The notes under the pieces: generated by a model
Databases searched by the model: none
Told to the model about the DNA's origin: nothing
What the model saw: only the letters and a program-made list of their open reading frames with translations
Translations under genes and position numbers: made by a program
NCBI GenBank assembly: GCA_031425655.1
Contig: JANPJS010000104.1
Span: 1 to 36,071 of the forward strand
Direction: 5' to 3'
Origin: Abditibacteriaceae bacterium
GTDB lineage: Bacteria > Armatimonadota > Abditibacteriia > Abditibacteriales > Abditibacteriaceae
Length of the DNA: 36,071 nucleotides
Shown here: positions 17,683 to 26,636 of the stretch, piece after piece
Layout of the letters: every line of letters begins with the position of its first letter
Numbering within the stretch: position 1 is the stretch's first letter

Positions 17683-17748
17683 AGTTTTGAATTTTAAGTT
17701 TTGAGTTTTGAGTTAAATCGGATAACTCAAAACTTAAAATTCAAAACT
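17683..17748. repeat. Palindromic heptamer array (AGTTTTG)n...(CAAAACT)n
   Basis: AGTTTTGAATTTTAAGTTTTGAGTT is complementary to AACTCAAAACTTAAAATTCAAAACT. Confidence 0.92.
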
Positions 17749-17751
17749 GTT

Positions 17752-18078
17752 TTAAGGGTTGAGCAACGGCGAGGTGACGGCCATCGCCGGAGCGGGCGCC
17801 GTGACCGCTAATCCCGGCTGCGAGCCGGGCGTAGCCGTAATGACGATTTCGTAGTTCTCGATGACCGGATTCGCCAACAATTGCTGGCACATTCGGTCGA
17901 GTTCCTGCTGCAAAGCCGGGCCGGCTAAAGCATCGCTGATTTCCAGCGTGATGAACTTGCCGATGCGCACGTTTTGCACACTGGTGTGTCCCAGTTGATG
18001 CAGCGCTTTAAGCACGGTTTTGCCCTGCACGTCGAGCAGGGCCGGTTTCAAAGTGACGTTAATTTCTGCAATTGCCAT
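17752..18078 (-). CDS. purS: Phosphoribosylformylglycinamidine synthase subunit PurS
   Basis: VTLKPALLDVQG, VRIGKFI and LLANPVIENY motifs. Start placed at ATG 18078 (MAIAEI). Confidence 0.95.
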   Translation of the reverse strand: MAIAEINVTLKPALLDVQGKTVLKALHQLGHTSVQNVRIGKFITLEISDALAGPALQQELDRMCQQLLANPVIENYEIVITATPGSQPGLAVTAPAPAMAVTSPLLNP

Positions 18079-19439
18079 AATTTTGTTCCGCATTCCGCCA
18101 ATTCGCTCGCCAGACCGATGTAATTGGCCGGCGTCATGTTCAGTAAACGCGCCCGCTCGTCGGAAGGCAAATCTAACGAAGTGATGAACGTCTGCATCGC
18201 CTCGCGTGTGATGCGCGCGCCCTGCGTCAGTTCTTTCAGTTTTTCATACGGATTGGCGTGGCCGTGTTTACGCATCACGGTTTGCACCGGCTCGGCCAAC
18301 ACTTCCCACGCTTCGTTTAAATCGGCTTCTAAAGCGGCGTAATTCACGGAAAGCGCATCCAAACCGCGTCCGCACGAGCGAATCGCTAAAAGCGAATGGC
18401 CAACGGCCACGCCCAAATTTCGCAGCGTGGACGAATCGGTCAAATCGCGCTGTAGACGTGAAACCGGCAGTTTTCCGGCCAAGTGCAAAAGCTGCGAATT
18501 GCTGAATTCGGCGTTGGCTTCTGAGTTTTCAAAGTTGATCGGGTTGACTTTGTGCGGCATCGTCGAGGAGCCAACCGCGCCCGCCACGACTTGCTGCTTG
18601 AAGTAATTCAGCGAGATGTAAAGCCACACGTCGCGGTCGAAATCCACCAGAATTGAGTTGAAACGCGCCACGGCGTGGCACAATTCGGCGATCCAGTCGT
18701 GCGATTCGATTTGCGTGGTCAGCGGGTTGTAAGTCAGGCCCAAACCTTCGACGAATTCCCGCGCGATTTCGGGCCAGGGCGCATCAGGATAAGCCGCCGC
18801 GTGCGCGTTGAAACAGCCGACGGCGCCGTTGATTTTGCCCAGATATTCCAGCGCGCCGACTTGCTTCAACTGACGCTGCCAGCGCCATGAGAAAACCGCG
18901 AGTTCCTTGCCCAAAGTCGTCGGCGAAGCGGGCTGCCCGTGCGTGCGCGACAGCATCGGAATGGCGCGATTTTCAAGGGCGATTTGTGCCACGCGCGCCT
19001 GCAATTTTTCGGCGGCGGGCTGCCACACGTTCTGGATGCCGCCCTTCAACATCAGCGCATACGCCAGATTATTGATGTCTTCCGAGGTGCAGGCGAAATG
19101 CACCCACTCGCCGATTTCGGCCAAGCTGCGCCCTTCGAGCTGCTCTTTAATCCAGTATTCGACGGCTTTTACGTCGTGTCGCGTGGTCTTTTCGATTTCC
19201 TTAACGCGCAAGGCGCTGGCTTCATCGAAACGGCGCACAAGGGCGCGCAAAAACAGGATTTCTTCGGAATCCAAGCGACGAAGTTCGGGCAGATGCGCGC
19301 TTTCGGCAAGAGCAATCAGCCACTCGACTTCAACCTGCACGCGAAACTTAATCAGTGCGGCTTCGGAAAAATACGCGGCAATATCAACAAGTTGCTCTTC
19401 ATAGCGCCCATCAAGGGGCGAAACAGCATTTATGGACAT
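18048..19439 (-). CDS. purB: Adenylosuccinate lyase
   Basis: SPLDGRY, HFACTSEDINN, RTHGQPASPTT and GSSTMPHKVNPINFEN motifs. Confidence 0.98.
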   Translation of the reverse strand: MSINAVSPLDGRYEEQLVDIAAYFSEAALIKFRVQVEVEWLIALAESAHLPELRRLDSEEILFLRALVRRFDEASALRVKEIEKTTRHDVKAVEYWIKEQLEGRSLAEIGEWVHFACTSEDINNLAYALMLKGGIQNVWQPAAEKLQARVAQIALENRAIPMLSRTHGQPASPTTLGKELAVFSWRWQRQLKQVGALEYLGKINGAVGCFNAHAAAYPDAPWPEIAREFVEGLGLTYNPLTTQIESHDWIAELCHAVARFNSILVDFDRDVWLYISLNYFKQQVVAGAVGSSTMPHKVNPINFENSEANAEFSNSQLLHLAGKLPVSRLQRDLTDSSTLRNLGVAVGHSLLAIRSCGRGLDALSVNYAALEADLNEAWEVLAEPVQTVMRKHGHANPYEKLKELTQGARITREAMQTFITSLDLPSDERARLLNMTPANYIGLASELAECGTKLWQLQKLTSL

Positions 19440-19442
19440 AAT

Positions 19443-19516
19443 TGAGTTTTGAGTTTTGAGTTTTGAGTTTTGAGTTGAGCGGTTAACTCATAACTCAAAA
19501 CTTAAAACTCAAAACT
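19443..19516. repeat. Palindromic heptamer array (TGAGTTT)n...(AACTCAA)n
   Basis: Five units on the left and four to five on the right. The right arm encodes the last codons and stop of clpS. Confidence 0.93.
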
Positions 19517-19853
19517 GTCGTTCCAGCACGGCGGTCATGGAGCCTTTGCAGCCGGGAATGCGCCAATCGGCGCCGTATTCGTGGATTTGCTGCTGGCGCG
19601 CTTCGGCTTTTTCGATATGGCACGTCGCCACGATCACGCGCTTGCGATTATCCACTTCGACGGCCATGAGAAACGCTTTTTGCACGCTGTAATTAAAGAT
19701 GCTGCACAGCATTTCGATGACGTAATCGTAAGTGTGCATATTGTCGTCTAACAAAACGACGTTCCACGGCGTGTCCGAAAGCAAAACTTCATCCAAGACT
19801 TCTTCGGTTTCAATGCGCGGCAGGGTGATAGTTTCAAAAGTTGGCGTGTTCAC
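19509..19853 (-). CDS. clpS: ATP-dependent Clp protease adaptor ClpS
   Basis: WNVVLLDDNMHTYDYVIEML and AFLMAVEVD motifs; GTG start. Confidence 0.92.
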   Translation of the reverse strand: MNTPTFETITLPRIETEEVLDEVLLSDTPWNVVLLDDNMHTYDYVIEMLCSIFNYSVQKAFLMAVEVDNRKRVIVATCHIEKAEARQQQIHEYGADWRIPGCKGSMTAVLERQF

Positions 19854-19993
19854 GGCGAGTCTCCAACGCGCTTTCAGGGCGCATTTTCACCTTTTCTATT
19901 CTACCGCACCGCGCTAAGGGCGGCGGATACCAACCGGCACAGCATGGCACGGAAAGAGCGATAATATTATCACGTTACGAGGGAGATATAAAG

Positions 19994-22852
19994 ATGAAAT
20001 CTGCTATTTTGACAACGTGGCCGGGTTGCGTTCGCACATTAATTTTATTGCTGCCGGTTCTTCTCTGGGCGTGCGCCACGCCCGCCGACGCGCAACTGCG
20101 CTTGCAGCCAATCTTCGACGATCCGGCGTTTGCGGCGGCTTTCGTCACGCACGCAGGCGATGGCAGCAATCGCTTGTTCATCGGCGGGCGCAGCGGGCGC
20201 GTTCTTGTGCTCCAACCCGGTGCGACTACGGCTACCACCTTCCTCGATATTTCCCCCGAACTCAGCCTCGCCAACGAGCAGGGGTTGCGAAGTCTGGCTT
20301 TTCATCCAGATTACGCGCAAAACCGTCGCTTTTTCGTAGATTACACACGCAAAAGCGATAACGCCACCGTCATTGCGGAATATGCCGTGTCGGCAAGCGA
20401 CCCCGATTTTGCCGAGGTGAGAGGACGCATCCTCTTGGTTATTCCGTATCCGGGGCCGAGCGGCATCAGCGCAAAATGGACGGGTTTAAACAGTTACGGA
20501 GGCATGATCGCCTTTGGGCCGGATGGCTGTCTTTACATCAGCACCAGCGACGAAGGTTCCAAAATGGCGCAAAGCGCGGACGATTTGCACGGCAAAATCC
20601 TGCGTCTTGATGTGGATGGCGCGCTGCCCTACGCGATTCCCACCGACAACCCGTTCGCGGGCGCCACGCCGGGCCGCGACGAAATTTACGCGCTGGGATT
20701 CGGCAGCCCGCGCCGCTTTTCCTTCGACCGCCAAAGCGGCGCGCTCTGGGCCGGCGATGTCGCGCAGCTCAGCCCGTGGGAAGAAGTTGATCTCGTCACG
20801 CGCGGCGGTAACTACGGCTGGCCTATTTTAGAAGGCACGCACTGCACGACTTTCATGCCTTCCGCCTGCGGCGACACGAAATTTGTCGCGCCGATCCTCG
20901 AATACCCGCATCAATTATCCAACGGTTCCAACGACTACAACGGCTGGGTCGCCGGCGGTTATGCTTATCGCGGCAGTGGGGGGACTTTTTCGCAGGGCGC
21001 CTACATTTTCGGCGATTTTCTCTCCGGCAAGGTGTTTCAGTGGCGTAACGGGCGCTTCGCCACTCTGCTCGACACGACGGAAAACATTTTGTCCTTCGGC
21101 GAAGATGAAGCGGGCGAATTATACGTTGTCACTTTTGGCGGCGGAGTTTTCCAATTGCAGGGCGATGGCGCCTCCGTTTATTCTGCGCGGCTCAGTGAAG
21201 GCAACGCCGGGCAGCGCGATGCGGAATTCATAGTGCGCCTGCATCCGGTTCCCAAGTCTCCGCTCACGCTGAATTTCGCCACACACGATATTACCGCCGT
21301 CGCCGGACTCGATTATATCACTGCAAAAGGACAATTCACCGTTCCGGCAGGCGAAAGCGAAGCCTTTATTCGCGTGCCCATCATTGGCGACACCTTTTCT
21401 GAATCCGAAGAGTCGTTTGGGCTGCGTCTGAGCGGTGCGGGAATTCCCCTCGTAAAACCCACAGCGGGCGGCTTCATTCTCAACGACGACGGCGCCCCAG
21501 CCGCGCCGACCAATGACAATGCCCTCGTAACGGGTCAAACCTCGCCGCCGGGCCAACCGCTCGTGGTGACCAGCACGCACAGCGACCAAAATGGCGCCGG
21601 CGACATCACGTTCGTGGATTTGCACCTGTCCGGCCCGCTGAGGCAACTCAACGAAGGGCTGCGCTGCCGCTACGACGCAGCGGCGAACAAACTTTACGTG
21701 CTCGATGACGCCGGCAAAACGTGGTTGGGCGGCTTCGCGCCGGGTAGCGCGAACGTGATTTCCAACAGCCGGGGCCGTCTGGATTGCGCTCTGACTCAAG
21801 TCACTTTATCGGCCAACGAGATAAAGATTCAATGGCATCTGGCCTTAGATGCGCGTATGTTACGCACCTGGATACACCTGTGGCTGCGCGTCGAGGATCG
21901 CGGCGGCTTGTTCGGCGGCTTCGCGCGCCTACGCCGCTGGGTTTACACGGATAACGCGCCCGTGAACATGGAAGTCTTGCAACCCGATGCCTTTACGCCA
22001 ATTGAAACACAACAGAGATTCACAGCACATTACGGCAGAACAACGAGCGGAGCACCCATTCGCTATGGCTACCTGCAAGTTGGGCCGTCCGCTAACGCCA
22101 CCGATGCTCTACGCTGCCTTTTCGACTTCCAGACAAAACGGTTTTACCTGCGGAGCGACGACGACAAAACGTGGTTAGGCGGCTTCGCGCCGGGTAGCGC
22201 GAACGTGATTTCCAATAGTCAGGGCAGTCTGAACTGCGCCGCTTCGACCTATACAAACAACACGAATTCCACGCTGCTCACGGCGATTTTCGCTCTGGTT
22301 CCCAAGGCGAAATGGGTAAACACCACGCAAAAGCTGTTTTTGTTGGTGCGCGACACAGCGGGACTGAGCGACGGCTGGGACGAAGTGGGAAAATGGAATA
22401 TCAACGATGGTTCGCCGCTACTCCGCAATTTCGGCGAAAAAAGCAGCTATGCAACGCCCATTTCGGGCACCGATGCTGTTGGCACCTTTTATTCCAGTCA
22501 CTTTGACTTCAACGATGATATTCGTCAGATTTACTTGCGCGTTGGAAATAGTGGTGCGACCGGCTTCGTCTGCCTCTACGACGTTCTCAAAGACCAATAC
22601 TACGTCCGAAACGACGAAGATACCGCGTGGCTCAGTCCGACAGGCTCCGGCGTGCTGGGCAACAACCGCGTCCAATTTCCCGGCCAGAGAGCTTATGAAG
22701 TTCACTCGGCCCGTTACTGGAATATTGAGTGGTCGCTGCAAGCCCTGTCGCCTTTATTCAATTCGCGTCAGCCTGTCTTTGTGAAGGCCAACGATGCCGC
22801 CGGACATAGCACGGGCTGGACACCCGTTGGTCACTGGAACATCGGAGAATAG
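19994..22852 (+). CDS. Secreted glucose/sorbosone dehydrogenase-like beta-propeller + Calx-beta + three C-terminal repeat domains
   Basis: GGGAG SD, signal peptide, AGDGSNRLF, LAFHPDY, AFGPDG, GKILRLD, IPTDNPF, GGNYGWP and SFGEDEAGELY motifs. Calx-beta SEGNAG...ILNDD. Repeated KTWLGGFAPGSANVISNS. Confidence 0.88.
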   Translation: MKSAILTTWPGCVRTLILLLPVLLWACATPADAQLRLQPIFDDPAFAAAFVTHAGDGSNRLFIGGRSGRVLVLQPGATTATTFLDISPELSLANEQGLRSLAFHPDYAQNRRFFVDYTRKSDNATVIAEYAVSASDPDFAEVRGRILLVIPYPGPSGISAKWTGLNSYGGMIAFGPDGCLYISTSDEGSKMAQSADDLHGKILRLDVDGALPYAIPTDNPFAGATPGRDEIYALGFGSPRRFSFDRQSGALWAGDVAQLSPWEEVDLVTRGGNYGWPILEGTHCTTFMPSACGDTKFVAPILEYPHQLSNGSNDYNGWVAGGYAYRGSGGTFSQGAYIFGDFLSGKVFQWRNGRFATLLDTTENILSFGEDEAGELYVVTFGGGVFQLQGDGASVYSARLSEGNAGQRDAEFIVRLHPVPKSPLTLNFATHDITAVAGLDYITAKGQFTVPAGESEAFIRVPIIGDTFSESEESFGLRLSGAGIPLVKPTAGGFILNDDGAPAAPTNDNALVTGQTSPPGQPLVVTSTHSDQNGAGDITFVDLHLSGPLRQLNEGLRCRYDAAANKLYVLDDAGKTWLGGFAPGSANVISNSRGRLDCALTQVTLSANEIKIQWHLALDARMLRTWIHLWLRVEDRGGLFGGFARLRRWVYTDNAPVNMEVLQPDAFTPIETQQRFTAHYGRTTSGAPIRYGYLQVGPSANATDALRCLFDFQTKRFYLRSDDDKTWLGGFAPGSANVISNSQGSLNCAASTYTNNTNSTLLTAIFALVPKAKWVNTTQKLFLLVRDTAGLSDGWDEVGKWNINDGSPLLRNFGEKSSYATPISGTDAVGTFYSSHFDFNDDIRQIYLRVGNSGATGFVCLYDVLKDQYYVRNDEDTAWLSPTGSGVLGNNRVQFPGQRAYEVHSARYWNIEWSLQALSPLFNSRQPVFVKANDAAGHSTGWTPVGHWNIGE

Positions 22853-22986
22853 AATCCTTGAAGGCCGATTGCGCTACAATGGCTTGCGGAGAGAACCAAA
22901 CGGGTTAAAACCCAGGAACTCATTCGCGCGACGGCCTGTATCATCCACAGGCCGGTTTTACCACGCGCAACACTCAAAGGAAACCA

Positions 22987-23646
22987 GTGATCGAAGCGAT
23001 TTTATTTGACATGGACGGCGTTTTGGCCGATTCCGAAGTGATGTGGAACCAGATTGACGGCGCGATGCTGGCCGAGTGCGGCGTGCAATATCACGGCGAG
23101 CACAAAGCCGACGTTCTGGGCAAAAGTTTCCCGATTGCCCTGCAATTTTATATTGACCAGTTCGGTTTGCGGCGCACCATCGAGCAGCTCAACGCGCGCC
23201 GAACGGCGATTGCCATTGACTATTACGGCTCGAAGATTGACGTTTTCCCCGCCGTTCATGGCGTGCTTTCGGCGTTGCGCGTGCGCGAAATCCCGATGGG
23301 CGTGGCGACGAGTTCCGTCGGCGCGCTGATTCGCCCTTTTTTGCAGCGCCACGGCATCGCCGAATACTTTCAGGCCATCGTGACCGGCGAAGAAGTAACG
23401 CACGGCAAGCCGCACCCCGATATTTACCTCAAAGCCGCCGCCAAAGTGGGCATCGCGCCCGAAAAGTGCTTAGTCGTCGAGGACGCGCTGTCCGGCGTGC
23501 AGGCCGGCAAAAGCGCCGGCATGACCGTCGTGGCGATTCCCGACCCGCGTTTCATGGATGTGTCGCTTTATCCCGGCAAATGCGATTATATTCTGGACAA
23601 TTTAGGCGAATTGACGGCGTTGGTAGACCAATTGAGAAAGGATTGA
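22987..23646 (+). CDS. HAD family phosphatase (beta-PGM/CbbY-like)
   Basis: LFDMDGVLADSE, ATSS, GKPHPDIY and VVEDALSGVQAG motifs; AAGGA SD before GTG. Confidence 0.95.
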   Translation: MIEAILFDMDGVLADSEVMWNQIDGAMLAECGVQYHGEHKADVLGKSFPIALQFYIDQFGLRRTIEQLNARRTAIAIDYYGSKIDVFPAVHGVLSALRVREIPMGVATSSVGALIRPFLQRHGIAEYFQAIVTGEEVTHGKPHPDIYLKAAAKVGIAPEKCLVVEDALSGVQAGKSAGMTVVAIPDPRFMDVSLYPGKCDYILDNLGELTALVDQLRKD

Positions 23647-23650
23647 AATC

Positions 23651-23766
23651 TCACGCAAAGACGCAAAAGCGCAAAGAATTTTGAAAGTCCGGCGCATTAA
23701 CGCTTCTGATAACACGCGACCGCCAACAACTTTCACGATTCTTTGCGCCTTTGCGTCTTTGCGCGA
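23651..23766. repeat. Intergenic inverted repeat with 29-bp arms of CGCAAAGA units (same family as 4071-4192)
   Basis: TCACGCAAAGACGCAAAAGCGCAAAGAAT versus ATTCTTTGCGCCTTTGCGTCTTTGCGCGA, two mismatches. Confidence 0.93.
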
Positions 23767-23775
23767 AAATTTGAA

Positions 23776-25197
23776 ATGATTCTCTTCGGTGGCTTAGTCA
23801 TTATCGCGCTGGCGGTTTACGCCGTGATTCGGCGCGTGGATGTGCGACTGGCGCTGCTTTTAGCGGCGGTGGCTTTAGGCGCCATCAGCGGCACGCTGCC
23901 GAGCATCGCGCAAAAGTTCTTTCAAACGCTTGTCGCCGCCGAATTTGTGGTGCCGATTTGCTCGGCGATGGGCTTCGCTTATGTGCTGCGGCATACGGGC
24001 TGCGACCGCCATTTGGTGCATCTGTTAGTTGACCCGCTGCGCCGCGTGCGGCCTTTATTAGTGCCCGGCGCGGTTTTAGTCGGCTTCGTGGCCAATACCG
24101 CGATTATCAGCCAGGTCAGCACCTCGGTGGCGGTCGGTTCCGTCCTGATTCCTATATTATTAGCGGCGAAAATCTCGCCGGAAACGGCGGGCGCCGCGCT
24201 GTTAATCGGCGCTTCGATTGGCGGCGAATTGCTCAATCCCGGCGCGCCTGAATTTCGCACCATTATAAAGGAAGCGCGCCTGCTCGGTGTGCCGCTGGAC
24301 AGCGCCGCGTGCGCGCAGGCGGTTTTGCCGCTGGTGCTGGTGCATTTGATCGTTACCGTCGCGGTGTTCTGGTGGCAAAGCCGCAAGGCCGAACGCGATT
24401 GGGCCGCGCAGTCGCAAGACAAAGCGCTGCCTGATGCTTTAGCCGTCGCCGCCGTCGAGGACGATTTCAAAGTCAATTACGTTAAAGCCTGCGTGCCGCT
24501 TGTGCCGCTTGCATTGCTGATGGTAATCGGCAAACCGCTGGCGATTTTTTCGGTTCCGCACGCATGGCTGGTCGGCGCGAAGGAAAACGCCGCGTTGCTG
24601 GAAAAAGCCAGCAAATTCCTCGAAGAGCCGCGATTGGCTAACGCGACAGCCGAAGTCTTCGACAGCCGTTTAATCGGCGCGGCCATGATAATTGGCGTGC
24701 TTTGCGCCGCCCTTGCATCGCGCAAGCACGCGAAAGAGTTGGCCGGCGCGTTTTTCGAGGGCGCCGGCTACGCTTACGCAACTATTATTTCGATTATCGT
24801 GGCCGCGAGTTGCTTTGGCGAAGGCGTCAAAGGCATCGGACTGGACAAAGTCATCGGCGCATTCGTGACGGCGCAGCCTGGCGCGCTTTTGCCCTTATCG
24901 GGCTTCGTGCCGCTGAGTTTTGGCGCGGTCAGCGGTTCGGGCATGGCGGCCACGCAAACTCTGGCCGGCTTTTTCATCGCGCCGGGCCACGCTTTAAATA
25001 TCGCGCCGCAGCACGTCGGCGCGGTTGTCGCCATCGGCGCGGCGGCGGGACGCACCATGTCGCTCGTCGCCGCCGTGACCTTGATGTGTTCACAACTCAC
25101 CGGCACGCCGCCGGCCCGATTAGTGCGCCGCGTTGCACCGTCTTTGCTGGTTGGCGTGGCGTTTACCGTCATTGCGGCGATGCTGAAAAGCAGTTAA
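23776..25197 (+). CDS. C4-dicarboxylate transporter, DcuC-like
   Basis: Multi-TM protein with MGFAYVLRHTGCD, LLNPGAPE, FFEGAG, SGSGMAA and GRTMSLVAAV motifs. Start moved to ATG 23776, outside the repeat. Confidence 0.8.
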   Translation: MILFGGLVIIALAVYAVIRRVDVRLALLLAAVALGAISGTLPSIAQKFFQTLVAAEFVVPICSAMGFAYVLRHTGCDRHLVHLLVDPLRRVRPLLVPGAVLVGFVANTAIISQVSTSVAVGSVLIPILLAAKISPETAGAALLIGASIGGELLNPGAPEFRTIIKEARLLGVPLDSAACAQAVLPLVLVHLIVTVAVFWWQSRKAERDWAAQSQDKALPDALAVAAVEDDFKVNYVKACVPLVPLALLMVIGKPLAIFSVPHAWLVGAKENAALLEKASKFLEEPRLANATAEVFDSRLIGAAMIIGVLCAALASRKHAKELAGAFFEGAGYAYATIISIIVAASCFGEGVKGIGLDKVIGAFVTAQPGALLPLSGFVPLSFGAVSGSGMAATQTLAGFFIAPGHALNIAPQHVGAVVAIGAAAGRTMSLVAAVTLMCSQLTGTPPARLVRRVAPSLLVGVAFTVIAAMLKSS

Positions 25198-25202
25198 TTC
25201 TC

Positions 25203-26426
25203 ATGGGGCCAATGTTTTCTCGGCGCAAACGGTTTCTGCCTGCGATGGCTCTTTGTGCGTCGCTGCTGCTCGTGCCCAACGCACGCACGGCGCCTGCGGA
25301 TGACGTAAAAGCTCTCACTGAGCGAGCGCGGCAAGCCTTTACGAGCGCAAATTATGGCGAAGCCGCGACTTTGTATGAAGCCCTGAGCCAATCGAAGCCA
25401 ATTGCCACGCAGGACGATGTCGAGTTTTTATTGTTGGCGGCGCAGAGCTACGCACGCGCCGGACAGCGCGATAAGGCCGTCACTTTATGGGAGCGCGTGC
25501 TCAAAGTGCCTGCCGCGCCGGGCGCAAGGCCGCCCGGAATGCTGCCGGGGCCGCGCGATTATCGAGGCGAGGCACGTTGGGGCATCGCCGAATCGCGGCG
25601 AGCGCAAGGCCACTGGAGCGAGGCGCTGGAACTCTACCAACTCAACCGCGCCACCTATCCGCGTGATGATGGCTGTGTGCCCTCCGGCGCTGCTTTTCAA
25701 ACCATGGCGTTGGTCGAAAGCGTGTGTCTGGAAAATCTGGGGCGCACCGACGAAGCCGTGAAATTGCTCTGGCCCGCTGCGCTGCGTTTAAGCGGCGGCC
25801 CACCGCACGCCATGCGCCGCTTGATTGACCTTTACGCGAAGGCGGGACAAATCGCGGTTTTGGAAGCCGCAGTTGCGCGCGAAGCGCAGGCTTATCAAGC
25901 TTATTTTCGCACGCAATTCGGCGGTTCTCCGCATTCCGAACTGCGCGAGAACGAGCAAAAGATGCTGAAAAACGAATTGGCTCGCTCGGCATTCCCGGCT
26001 TTCGAGCGTGTGCGTCATTTTCGCAAAGCGGCGCGCGAACGGCGTTGGAGCGTATTGCTGGCGGCGCTGCATTTCAAGCCAAATGAGCGTTACGAAACCG
26101 CACTTGATCACCAAATCCCTTCGTGGAACCGGCGCGAAGCGATTGCGGCTTTGGCACTGGTATATCAGGAGGCCGCGCCGATTTTAGAACGCGCTTTAAA
26201 AACCGATGCGGCGAATCCCTATTTGCGCGCCGCGTGGCTTTTTTGCCTCACGCCGGAGCAAAGACAAAACTGGCTGGCGCAGTCCAAAAACGATGGAGAA
26301 ACACAAAAAACTTTGCAAGAGGCAGTGAGCGATGGCTCCTACAACTTAATGCCACTTTCATTTCCCACGCCGCCGGCAACGCTGCAATTGCCTTCTGAGT
26401 TGCCGCCAGTGTTTCAAAAGCCCTGA
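25203..26426 (+). CDS. Secreted tetratricopeptide-repeat-like hypothetical protein
   Basis: Signal-like N-terminus and TPR-like helices (ANYGEAATLYE, AGQRDKAVTLWE, LGRTDEAVKLL). Start at ATG 25203 or 25212. Confidence 0.7.
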   Translation: MGPMFSRRKRFLPAMALCASLLLVPNARTAPADDVKALTERARQAFTSANYGEAATLYEALSQSKPIATQDDVEFLLLAAQSYARAGQRDKAVTLWERVLKVPAAPGARPPGMLPGPRDYRGEARWGIAESRRAQGHWSEALELYQLNRATYPRDDGCVPSGAAFQTMALVESVCLENLGRTDEAVKLLWPAALRLSGGPPHAMRRLIDLYAKAGQIAVLEAAVAREAQAYQAYFRTQFGGSPHSELRENEQKMLKNELARSAFPAFERVRHFRKAARERRWSVLLAALHFKPNERYETALDHQIPSWNRREAIAALALVYQEAAPILERALKTDAANPYLRAAWLFCLTPEQRQNWLAQSKNDGETQKTLQEAVSDGSYNLMPLSFPTPPATLQLPSELPPVFQKP

Positions 26427-26432
26427 AAATTC

Positions 26433-26609
26433 ATGCCCAACGTCACGCTGCGATTTTCGGATCGCATAGAAAATTACGTCAAATATCGGCCCGGTTATCC
26501 GCCGCAAGTGCCAATGCTCGCCAGATTGCGCCGCATCTTCGACGCGAATGCCGAAAATGCCCTCGTCAGCTTCGATTACGAAACTAAGGTTTACTACGCA
26601 CGGTTTTGA
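26433..26609 (+). pseudogene. Internally deleted class I SAM-dependent methyltransferase remnant (58 aa)
   Basis: MPNVTLRFSDRIENYVKYRPGYPPQV joined to PMLARLRRIFDANAENALVSFDYETKVYYARF. These resemble the N- and C-termini of a ~250 aa methyltransferase family; the glycine-rich SAM-binding core is absent. Confidence 0.75.
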
Positions 26610-26636
26610 CGGCAGGCTCGTAGAAACCGGAATTTT

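Noticed and set aside
18048..18078. purB/purS 31-nt overlap as a frameshift or recoding signal
   Set aside because: Both proteins are complete, and a short tail overlap is ordinary in operons.
22886..22960. Glycine riboswitch (GGAGAG start)
   Set aside because: The CCGAAG and CTCTCAGG core elements are missing; kept only as an unassigned structured-leader candidate.
24702..25202. N-terminal extension of the TPR protein
   Set aside because: Overlaps the DcuC-like gene in another frame; the signal-like sequence begins at 25203-25212.
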